64,000 nucleotides of DNA from a plasmid. Under the pieces are notes generated by a model. It saw nothing but the letters and a program-made list of their open reading frames with translations. It had not been told where the DNA came from and made no database searches. The DNA is taken from sequence record NZ_CP019209.1; one strand, written 5' to 3'. Below are positions 37,513 through 46,302 of the stretch, piece after piece; the stretch's first letter is position 1, and every line of letters begins with the position of its first letter. The translations under genes were made by a program, and so were the position numbers.

Positions 37513-37699
37513 ACTCATAATTATACCATAATTAGTCACGAATGCAACCAATAGAAAAAACTACTTAGAACGGTAGATCATCGCTAATAACAATGCATTG
37601 TCCACCAAATGGATTTTGTGAAGCATTAAATACATTGTTATTAATTGTCGCTGCTTTTAACTAGGCCTCTCCCCTTCTATTATAAAAGAAGATATATAT

Positions 37700-38715
37700 C
37701 ATTTCTTAATTACCTACTACCTTAAACCAAAATTTAAGTACTACCTAATTTAAGTAGTACTTAAACAATCTAAAAAATAGTTATCCCAATTGTTATGCTT
37801 TTATAATACGATTATTTGTAACAAAATGAATATTATATAATTAAACACTACCATATTTAGGTAGTGTTTAATTATTAGCAAAACAAAAAATATTTATTCT
37901 ATTCTCTTAACTTCAACTAAGTTATGCTGCACACCTTTATATAAATCATATGCAACTCATTAGCTAGACAAACTACAAGCATGTAGTTTTATCTGTTAAT
38001 TATGTACTACCTAAATAAAGTAGTTTATAATTAGCAAGTATATATATTTAAAAATTTAAGATTAATTTTTTTATGACTTGTACAAATTTATCTGATATTC
38101 TCTTATTAAGAACTACCTAATTTGGGTAGTTCTTATTTTTTACATTTTAAGTAGTATTTAATTGCAATTTGGTAGTATTTTTTTATTATCTTATTCTTAG
38201 AACGGTAGTACTTAATATAAATATAGGTAGTATCTAATTTAAGTATTAATGGTAGTATCTAAATTAACAGGTAGTATGTAACTACTTTAAAGTAATTTTT
38301 TTCAGATTAACACAGTAGTATCTTATTAAATAAGTTAATTTTAATGGTAGTACATAATTATTATATATATCTGACATTGGTAGTACTTATTGTATTTTTT
38401 AGTAGTATATAATCTATTGTTTTCTAGCCTAAAGCCTTGTCTTATAAGAATAATATAATATATACTACTGAAATAAGGTAGTATATATTACTAGTAATGG
38501 TAGTATGTTTTATATGCATAAGGTAGTTCTTAATTTATTTTTTGTTTTGACACTGGTAGTACTTAATTATCTTTAATTTTAAAACTAAATTTTATTCATA
38601 CGTTTTTCTGGTAGTATTTAATTATAAATAATATTTATTTAAAGTAGTTCTTAATGACTTTAAAGGTAGTACATAATTCATTTTATTTCTGATTTTAGGT
38701 AGTATTTAATTAAAA
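37700..38715. repeat. Iteron array: about 25 irregularly spaced copies of GGTAGTA(C/T)NTAATT in both orientations upstream of repA
   Basis: Examples: ctacctaatttaagtagtact, ggtagtacttaatat, ggtagtatctaattt, ggtagtacataatt. Matches the TAGTARRR iteron class of pAD1-type replicons. Confidence 0.8.
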
Positions 38716-38816
38716 AACAGTTTTAATGCGTTTGCATTTTTTATTTATCTTTGCTATTTTCGAAAAGAGTAGGTAATTTTACATAAATAAAACAACGTGA
38801 AAGTAGAGGATCTACA

Positions 38817-39857
38817 ATGACTGATTTTAAATTTTTTAAGGCGGATAGAGTTTACAACGAATTATTTTATCAATTTCCAAAAGTCTTTATTGTTTCTGAC
38901 GAATACAAAAAAATGAAAGATTCAACTAAGATTGCCTATATGCTTTTAAAAGCAAGATTAGAGATCGCAATCAGCAAACGGCAAATCGATGAAGAAGGTA
39001 ATGTTTATTTTACTTATACGACAAATGAACTATGTAGAGTATTAAACTGCCAAAAACAAAAAGCGATAGCAATCAAAAAAGAGTTGGAATCCTTTGGTTT
39101 ATTATTACAAAAGCAGATGGGATTTAACAAACAGTTAGGGAAAAATAATCCTAATAGACTATATCTAGCAGAATTAAAAGTCTCAGAAAATGATATCTAC
39201 TTACTCGAAAAATTTGATAGAGAGAATAGGGAAAACGTTGATAAATCAGAGGGTATGAAAATCATACCCACCCTCGACGAAAAATCAGACGCTGAATCCC
39301 TTGGGGCTCAAGAGGGTATGAAAATCATACCGTGCCAAAACGTTGATAAATCAGAGGGTATGAAAATCATACCAGAACTTAATAATAATATATTAGACAC
39401 TAATAGACACAATATAGACACTGAAAAAGACCGCCTACAAGATCAATTGTTGTTAGACAATTTTGAGACAATTATGACAAACGACAGCATTGCTACGTTT
39501 GTCCCTGAACGAGTATTAAATTTGATAAAAACATTTTCTTCAAGTTACAGTGAAGCTCAAAAAACCGTCCAGACTATTCATAATGCAAAGAAAAAAGCTG
39601 AAATAGAAAGTGATATTTCGATAGTTTTTGAAGAACTCGATAGTTATTATGTCAATGCAGAACAAGAATTATACACGACACTGTTAAAAGCCTATCAAAA
39701 ATTAAAAACCGAAAAAGTCGAAAATATCCAGAACCTGATTTTTGTCTATGTAAAAAATTGGTTTATCGAAAAACCAATAGCTGCTAAAGTATCAAGTGAA
39801 AAACGTTTGAATTATGCAAGCTCCCCAAGCACTATTACGAAAGACTGGTTAGAGTGA
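38817..39857 (+). CDS. repA: RepA_N-family replication initiator (pAD1 RepA / pCF10 PrgW-like)
   Basis: N-terminal RepA_N motifs (FPKVFIVSDEYKKMKDSTKIAYMLL...NELCRVLNCQKQKAIAIKKELESFGLL...NNPNRLYL); central repeat region. Confidence 0.85.
   Translation: MTDFKFFKADRVYNELFYQFPKVFIVSDEYKKMKDSTKIAYMLLKARLEIAISKRQIDEEGNVYFTYTTNELCRVLNCQKQKAIAIKKELESFGLLLQKQMGFNKQLGKNNPNRLYLAELKVSENDIYLLEKFDRENRENVDKSEGMKIIPTLDEKSDAESLGAQEGMKIIPCQNVDKSEGMKIIPELNNNILDTNRHNIDTEKDRLQDQLLLDNFETIMTNDSIATFVPERVLNLIKTFSSSYSEAQKTVQTIHNAKKKAEIESDISIVFEELDSYYVNAEQELYTTLLKAYQKLKTEKVENIQNLIFVYVKNWFIEKPIAAKVSSEKRLNYASSPSTITKDWLE
39235..39375 (+). repeat. Intragenic direct repeats (36 bp twice plus a 22-bp partial), each containing the 17-bp palindrome GGTATGAAAATCATACC; putative oriV inside repA
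   Basis: Seen directly; they encode the repeated GMKIIP peptide. RepA_N plasmids place the origin inside repA. Confidence 0.55.
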
Positions 39858-40547
39858 AACTTTACTGACAAAGTGATTGTTGCTTCATGGAGTAACATTA
39901 AAATTAAAAATTTTTTATTATTCTAATTATATTACGAATATTACAAAATAATAGCTATTTTAATAGAATTTATAAGTTAAAATATTATGATAAAAATCAC
40001 AAACGTAGCCTTTTACGTCATAAGTGTTAAAAGAAATAATTAATTTCAAATATAGAAAAGGGAACGTATGTTTGCATACTCCTTTTTTTTGAGTTATAAT
40101 AATACGCGAAGAGAGATAATTTCATTATTTAAACAAGCTAAAAATCTTGATATTACTTCTTTTCAGGCAATACGAATATTATTCGCTTACATTTTTTGTA
40201 TAAATTTAATTGTCTGCTATGCTTGTGATGAATTGATTTTCGTTTTGCACTTTTGGATGATAAATTTGGACAATTGAAAATACAAAAAAAAGAAAGGCGG
40301 TATGAACTCGGAAGGCTGGTAACCTTCGTCAGCGTTCATACACGGCATTAAGATTTGGCCCTTAATGCGTTAACCTTTCAGTGTTACGGTATTACCCGCA
40401 ATGGATTTAGTATAACAGATATTCAAAAGTGATACCACTTTTTTTGGCTGTGTTAAGGTTAAAAATACGTGATATTACGATGAATCTATGCCTAAGCATA
40501 ATGTTATAAAAATGTCCGTGTGGCTCTTTGCCGTATGACGAACGCTG

Positions 40548-40590
40548 AAATTAGAGGGAACGCATGTTTGGATGCGTTCCCTCTTTTTTG
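40548..40590 (+). terminator. Strong intrinsic terminator agagggaacgcatgtttggatgcgttccctct followed by TTTTTTG
   Basis: 14-bp perfect stem plus T-run. Confidence 0.6.
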
Positions 40591-40680
40591 TTTGTCATGA
40601 ACGAAAATCAATTCTCTATTTTTGAAAAATAACAAGAAAAACTTGTTAAAAATATTTAAAGAAATTGGGTGGTTTATTTT

Positions 40681-41013
40681 ATGTCATATACAGGAATTTT
40701 GAGTCTCAAAGATATTTGTCACTACGGTAAACGGTGTACCGCTACAGAGAAAATCACGAAGAAACTATCAACTGGCCAAAGTAAAACCGTTGTGCAGTGT
40801 AAGAAATATATAATCCAGAAAGACAAAGTCTCAGAGGAAATGATTTATTACATTGGGAAACAAAAGCAAATAATTTTAAAAGATCCTATCCCCTTAAAAG
40901 AGCTATATCCAACAATCAAACATGTTTATGACCAAAACGGTGTACTGATTGGTCGAAGAAAAAATGGAGTCTTGCGTTGTACCGCAAAAGGGATGGGGCG
41001 TTTGATCGGCTGA
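40681..41013 (+). CDS. Hypothetical protein (111 aa)
   Basis: ATG with GGTGG SD; no recognisable domain. Confidence 0.4.
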   Translation: MSYTGILSLKDICHYGKRCTATEKITKKLSTGQSKTVVQCKKYIIQKDKVSEEMIYYIGKQKQIILKDPIPLKELYPTIKHVYDQNGVLIGRRKNGVLRCTAKGMGRLIG

Positions 41014-41024
41014 ATTGATCATTC

Positions 41025-41560
41025 TCATAACTTGTATTTTATCGTTTTTCGCTTGCTTGAAAATATTGTCGAGACTTCTAAAGGAACTTAGAGTCACTAG
41101 AAAAATAAGGAGTAGACTTGATCTATCAACAATTCCCTTCGGGGAGTGACGGGGTAGGTTTTAACGATTGGTAACGTAAAAAATTGGTCAATCGAGTAAA
41201 TGCGCTTGTTTGGATAGTGGTGAAATGAATTTGTGTAAATAATAAGCGCAGAGTAAACAAGAGGGAATTTAGAAGTTAGACAAGTTAGAATAGCGTCTAG
41301 ATTAATCATGAGCAGCTACTAAGGGATCTAGACTTTGACGCAAACTCATGGAATAAGGAGTAGGTCTTCTCGTAATGGGGAGGACGCACAAGAAATTGTG
41401 TCGTGTGCTGCAGTACATGTAGATACTTGCGAGGACGTTGATTATTGGATCAATCGAGCATTTACCGCTGTCTACTAGGGTTTCTCGTTTCGGACGCCAT
41501 AAACGAGTCGAAATTTTTTATGTATTTTTAAGTAAACGAAAAACGATAAAATATGAACAA
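41025..41560. repeat. About 535-bp GC-richer noncoding island bounded by a 22-25-bp inverted repeat (CGAAAAACGATAAAATA..AACAAGT)
   Basis: 41025-41048 is the reverse complement of 41537-41560. Internal short IRs (tctagat...atctaga) and the motif tcaatcgag repeated. Confidence 0.4.
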
Positions 41561-41631
41561 GTCCTGAATAAAGTGAAAAAATTAATATAAAGCATAGAGA
41601 AAATGAAATTTACGTAATGGAGGAATGACAA

Positions 41632-41973
41632 ATGAAAAATTATGATCCGAATATACGATTGGGCACACATACTATTAAGGTTTCTTTCCAACGTTGGGAT
41701 TACAAAGGATTTGTGACGTTTAGAAGGGGCGGAAATTGTAAAGGATTAGATGTTTTAGCATTAGACGAGGATGATTTATACGATCAAACATTGACTGATA
41801 ATCCAATTGGATTCGGCTTGCTACCTGAAGATGATGAAGGTAATGAATGGTTTAAAATGACGCTTATGAATGATAATGGAGACGAATTATCTGTTGAAGA
41901 TACTTGGTCATATTTGAGTGATTATATTGTCAGCTTTGAAATCATTGAATTTGTAGCGGATAAAGAAGAATAA
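41632..41973 (+). CDS. Hypothetical acidic protein (113 aa)
   Basis: Good RBS GGAGGAATGACAAATG. Confidence 0.45.
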   Translation: MKNYDPNIRLGTHTIKVSFQRWDYKGFVTFRRGGNCKGLDVLALDEDDLYDQTLTDNPIGFGLLPEDDEGNEWFKMTLMNDNGDELSVEDTWSYLSDYIVSFEIIEFVADKEE

Positions 41974-42209
41974 AAACTGGAGGAATAAATTTTACAGATA
42001 AAGGCTTAGAAGGAGTCACGACGATTAATAAAAAGGTAGTATTACCTTAGGCATTGAGTAAGGAATTTATTTAGTCTAATGGTGATAAGTCAAGATGAAA
42101 TTTAAGATTTTCTTTATTGAGTAATATGTTTTGAAGCGCACGAAACTAGACCCGATCAAAATCAAATTTTTTTCGGGTTGATTCAAGGATTTGCGTCAAT
42201 AACGGATTG

Positions 42210-43544
42210 TTATTTCTCTATCACACTCCTTGGTGGCGTATAGAGTTGGTGTTTACGTAGTAGCGTATCCACCAGACGCGTAAATTTTCTTGCGGTTAGG
42301 ACGAGTGCACGTTTGTGTTGATGCTTTGGAACCTCCTTATATTTACTTTGATAAAAAGCTTTGTATTCAGGAAGATAATTTTTTACAGAGTTGGCAGCTT
42401 CAACTAAGTAGTATCTAAAATATCGATTTCCTTGTTTTGTCAGAGGTGTATTTTGCGACTGATAGTTTCCAGATTGGTTCACTTTCCAACTTAATCCAGC
42501 GTATTTTGCCAATTTTGTCTGATCTTCAAATCTTTCGATTTGACCAATTTCAGCGATTAAACCGGCAGCATAGACTTTACCAACGCCTGGAATACTGGTT
42601 AAGCATTGATATTCTGGAATGACAACAATTACTTGTTCGATGGCTTTATCTAATTCTTTGATATTTTTTTCAAGTGCTCGTATTTCTCGTACGAGAACAC
42701 TTAAAACAACATTAATTGATTCTTGTGCAAGAGCACCTAGGCGGTAACTCATGGTAATTGCACGTTGAATTGCTTTAGCGATTTTTTCTGGTTGCTTGAA
42801 ACGGCCTTTTCCTTTTTCTTGAAGTAAATCACAGAAAGCTTCTAAAGGAAGCTCAGCAAGTTCATCCAATGTGAAATCTTCCGTCATGAGTGAAATGAGG
42901 GTTGCACTAAAAAGACTCGTCGATTCGTCTCGCATTTCTCGAGCAAGCGTATTACATTTGTACGTTAGATTTTCAAGAAAATGTTGCTTTGTACGAATCA
43001 ATTGCTTAATAAGTTGATAGCGAGTACGTGTTAAACGCTGTAAGGCCATGTATTTCTCTTCTTTGATAGGGGAAGTTGTGAATCGTTGAATACGCAAGAA
43101 ATCAGCGATTCTTAATGCATCGTTTCGATCAGTTTTATTCTCATCAAACATGCGACTAAATTGTTTCACCCGAAAAGGATTTTCAATCGTTACAAGTGTG
43201 TTGAGCTTCTTTAGTTTCTCATCTTCATGAAAAAACATGGAAGGATGGAAGCTGTACATGGACGTTGACTCCATGCCAATCACAATTTGATCAAAGTGGT
43301 AGCTGTCATTGAATTCAAGAATTGTTTCTCGTATGAATGAAGCACCTTCGATGTCATTGGCAACAGAGATTTCAGATAAGATAGACAATTGATTGTCGTC
43401 TGTTAAAAAACAAACATCTAGTTTTTCAGAGCTAACGTCAATACCGACAAATAATTTCATGGAAGAAGGACCTCCTTTCGATATAAATTTTGGAAAATGC
43501 TTCGATACTGTGGGATTTCCCAGAAACTCACTGTATAGCCACAA
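42210..43544 (-). CDS. IS110-family transposase (444 aa)
   Basis: N-terminal MKLFVGIDVSSEKLDVCFL (DEDD RuvC-like) typical of IS110/IS1111 transposases. Confidence 0.85.
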   Translation of the reverse strand: MWLYSEFLGNPTVSKHFPKFISKGGPSSMKLFVGIDVSSEKLDVCFLTDDNQLSILSEISVANDIEGASFIRETILEFNDSYHFDQIVIGMESTSMYSFHPSMFFHEDEKLKKLNTLVTIENPFRVKQFSRMFDENKTDRNDALRIADFLRIQRFTTSPIKEEKYMALQRLTRTRYQLIKQLIRTKQHFLENLTYKCNTLAREMRDESTSLFSATLISLMTEDFTLDELAELPLEAFCDLLQEKGKGRFKQPEKIAKAIQRAITMSYRLGALAQESINVVLSVLVREIRALEKNIKELDKAIEQVIVVIPEYQCLTSIPGVGKVYAAGLIAEIGQIERFEDQTKLAKYAGLSWKVNQSGNYQSQNTPLTKQGNRYFRYYLVEAANSVKNYLPEYKAFYQSKYKEVPKHQHKRALVLTARKFTRLVDTLLRKHQLYTPPRSVIEK

Positions 43545-43869
43545 CCTCGCCTAATAGAATACGGTGATAAAAGAGCTAGAAGCTGCCTTCCAAACTACTA
43601 TTTGAAAGTCTAGTCCATTATCGAAACAGCTAATGAGTTGGTAGTGATAACAGTGGTTCGGGTAACAGACTAAACAGGGTAGACAAACGCTACAGGAGGA
43701 AATAGCAAATTCCCGTTGGATCCTTTCCATACATCCATTGTACTCTGAGAAATCACACAATATCGAAACAAATTCCGTTAGGAATGTGTTATTCAATAAA
43801 TTTTATAATCTAGAAACATTTTGAATAAAAACTATTAGACAAATGATATTTTACGAGGAGGAAACGGAC

Positions 43870-46242
43870 ATGGCAGAAGAAAAAGAACCACTAGACAATA
43901 GTCGCTTGGGAAAATCCAAAAGAAAATTAGTACGATTGCAAAATGAATTAAACGAACAAATTGAGAAGATGTTTGAACACCAGAGAAAGACCAACGGTCA
44001 GCCAATGAACGATAAGAGAAATGGGCATTCTTGGTTTAGGCAACAAGAACGTTTAGAAAACAAAGTGCATAGTCTGAGAGAAGAGATCAAGCAACAAGAA
44101 AAACAGGTAGAAAAACTTGAAAGACAAGAAGAGCTAAAGGAAATGGGCTATAACAAGTACGGCGGCCTGGATATGACAATCGAAAATATTCCAAGAATCA
44201 AAGAAGAAATCGAACGCTTTGAAAAAGGTGAATCGACTTTTTCAGCCGCTACGATCCGAAAATACCAACGGAAATTGGAAACATTAGAACAGCTGAAAGA
44301 AAGATCAGAAAAAGGAAAAGAAAATCTTCTTCCTGAAGTACAAGCAATTATTGACAGCGGACGAGTGACGCAATGGAAAAAAAATCCAACCATTTATTTT
44401 TTGAAAGACTATCGAAAAGTTGCTTTAGAACTGAATGAAAACGGGGGATTTGAGGAATCAAAAAAATACCAAGCCACGTCGGAAGAGGAAAAAGCAGCTG
44501 TTCGTGAATTACTTGAAGAGGCTGCGCCAACTGATTCTTTGAAGGAGAAAGAAAACGATCATTTCTATCGAGTAGAATTCAACGAAAATGATCCAGAAAA
44601 AGGATTGAAAAGTTATGGTGGGGAGATCGTAACATTAGAATTGATCGATCAACTCAAAACGTTGGATAACCAATACGCCGCAGAAGCAGGTTATTATAAA
44701 TTCTATTTTGAAGAAGTGAAGAACGGAGAAGTAGTCGATCAGATCCGAATGGATCTAGGGGATGGCGTCAACAGTAATCAACCCATCTATTTAGAGTTAG
44801 CAAAATTGTGCGAACAAGTACCTGAAAAGGAACAAAAACAAACGGTCAAAAATGAACCTGTTTCGAAAGAACAAATGCAGTCGAAAGAAACAAAAACAAA
44901 ACAAAAGGGCTATCAAAAACGAACGGCAGAAGAGATTAAGCAAGAAGTCAAATCCCTTTCGCAACAGGCACTGGATGCGGTGAAAAAGCATACCCATTCT
45001 CCTGAAGACGTGAAAGAACTTTTGAATTTTATGTCTCGTTTTCCAGAACGATCCTTTAGAAATCAATTATTGATTGAGGAACAATTTCCAGGTGCAACGG
45101 CTTGTTTAGGTCGTGCTGCGTTGAAAAAAGAAGGAATCTATATCAAAAAAGGGGAACAAGGGAACAAGATCTTTGTCAGAAAAACGGTCAAAGGATTTTA
45201 TGAGAAAGGACGTGGCTTTGTTCGAGAAACAGAAGCTACACCAGAAGATAAAAAACGAATCGAAAGTGGTCAAATCGAAGTGATCAAAAAACCTTACTAC
45301 ACGATTGAAAAAGTGTTTGATATCACACAAACACAGTTAAAACCTGAAGACTATCCGAAAATCTTTCCGAACCGTGTCTTTGATTTTCAATTGGATAAAA
45401 AAGGACAGTCAGAACTTCAAGCTGGGATTCAAGCGGTAGCCAACAATATTGGAATACAAATTCGAGATATGACAGAAAGTGAAGTCTATCAAAGAGAATT
45501 AGGACAAGCACGGGGGGCGTATGTTCGTAACGAATTTACTGGCGAAGAAGAAATCGTCATGAATACTCGAAATACTCCTACGCAGCATTTAGCTACAAGT
45601 ATTCATGAATTAGCCCATGCAAGAATGCACAAATTTTCAGAATTAGATACCGCAACTAAAGAATTGCAGGCAGAAATGACTTCTTATATTGTGTGCAAAC
45701 ATTTTGGAATGGACACTTCGGAGAAAGCTATTCCTTATATTGCAGCATGGACGAAGAATGGTCAGACGTTGGATGATAAGGAAGCGGCGGAACGTGGGAA
45801 AATCATGAATGATGTCAGCCGTGTCGCAAATGAATTCATTCAAACCATTTCTAATGAAATCAATCAATACAGAGAAAGAGAACCAGAGATCCAACCAGCA
45901 GAAGTGAAGCAGGAGCATAAAAATACTGTAGAAACGGCAGAGAATAAGAATATTGTGCCCGTTGGTTCACTTTGGATCGACAAGAAAGACGGGAAAGTAA
46001 TGGAAGAAGATACGGGTCGAACGTTACATTTGAAGGATGCGGCGTTTATTGAAGATCCGCAGCATAATCAAGTGATTTTAAAAGGAAAAAGTTATGGAAA
46101 AGAGATTCAAACGGCGTTACCTTCAGAAGAATTTGCGCTAGGAAATCCATTCCGATTTTCACTTGAAACAGTGTCAGAAGTGGCCAAACGAAAAAATGAA
46201 ATCTATTATGAACAACAATTGTCACAAAAAGAACGCGTATAA
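43870..46242 (+). CDS. Large conjugation-associated protein: N-terminal coiled-coil region plus ArdC-like/zincin metalloprotease-like C-terminal region (HExxH)
   Basis: IHELAHARMH motif near residue 590; charged coiled-coil N-terminus; strong RBS GAGGAGGAAACGGACATG. Confidence 0.45.
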   Translation: MAEEKEPLDNSRLGKSKRKLVRLQNELNEQIEKMFEHQRKTNGQPMNDKRNGHSWFRQQERLENKVHSLREEIKQQEKQVEKLERQEELKEMGYNKYGGLDMTIENIPRIKEEIERFEKGESTFSAATIRKYQRKLETLEQLKERSEKGKENLLPEVQAIIDSGRVTQWKKNPTIYFLKDYRKVALELNENGGFEESKKYQATSEEEKAAVRELLEEAAPTDSLKEKENDHFYRVEFNENDPEKGLKSYGGEIVTLELIDQLKTLDNQYAAEAGYYKFYFEEVKNGEVVDQIRMDLGDGVNSNQPIYLELAKLCEQVPEKEQKQTVKNEPVSKEQMQSKETKTKQKGYQKRTAEEIKQEVKSLSQQALDAVKKHTHSPEDVKELLNFMSRFPERSFRNQLLIEEQFPGATACLGRAALKKEGIYIKKGEQGNKIFVRKTVKGFYEKGRGFVRETEATPEDKKRIESGQIEVIKKPYYTIEKVFDITQTQLKPEDYPKIFPNRVFDFQLDKKGQSELQAGIQAVANNIGIQIRDMTESEVYQRELGQARGAYVRNEFTGEEEIVMNTRNTPTQHLATSIHELAHARMHKFSELDTATKELQAEMTSYIVCKHFGMDTSEKAIPYIAAWTKNGQTLDDKEAAERGKIMNDVSRVANEFIQTISNEINQYREREPEIQPAEVKQEHKNTVETAENKNIVPVGSLWIDKKDGKVMEEDTGRTLHLKDAAFIEDPQHNQVILKGKSYGKEIQTALPSEEFALGNPFRFSLETVSEVAKRKNEIYYEQQLSQKERV

Positions 46243-46302
46243 AACAAGTAAAAAAGACTATCTGAAAAACGGATAGTCTTTTTTCTTTTGGGAGGTTTGA
46301 AA

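Noticed and set aside
37700-38715. Array of short repeats that could superficially resemble a CRISPR array
   Set aside because: Repeats are about 13-14 bp, imperfect, in both orientations and irregularly spaced (20-40 bp), with AT-rich spacers. There is no leader or cas gene. This is an iteron cluster, not CRISPR.
40068-40277. 69-aa ORF in the AT-rich spacer after repA
   Set aside because: No RBS, extremely AT-rich with Phe/Ile/Leu/Asn-dominated translation; likely non-coding.
40903-41309. 64-aa and 70-aa minus-strand ORFs
   Set aside because: One is antisense to the 111-aa gene; the other lies in the IR-bounded noncoding island with no RBS.
44148-45918. Six small minus-strand ORFs (60-91 aa)
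   Set aside because: All antisense within the 799-aa ArdC-like gene; lysine/glutamate codons on the sense strand give open F/L-rich antisense frames.
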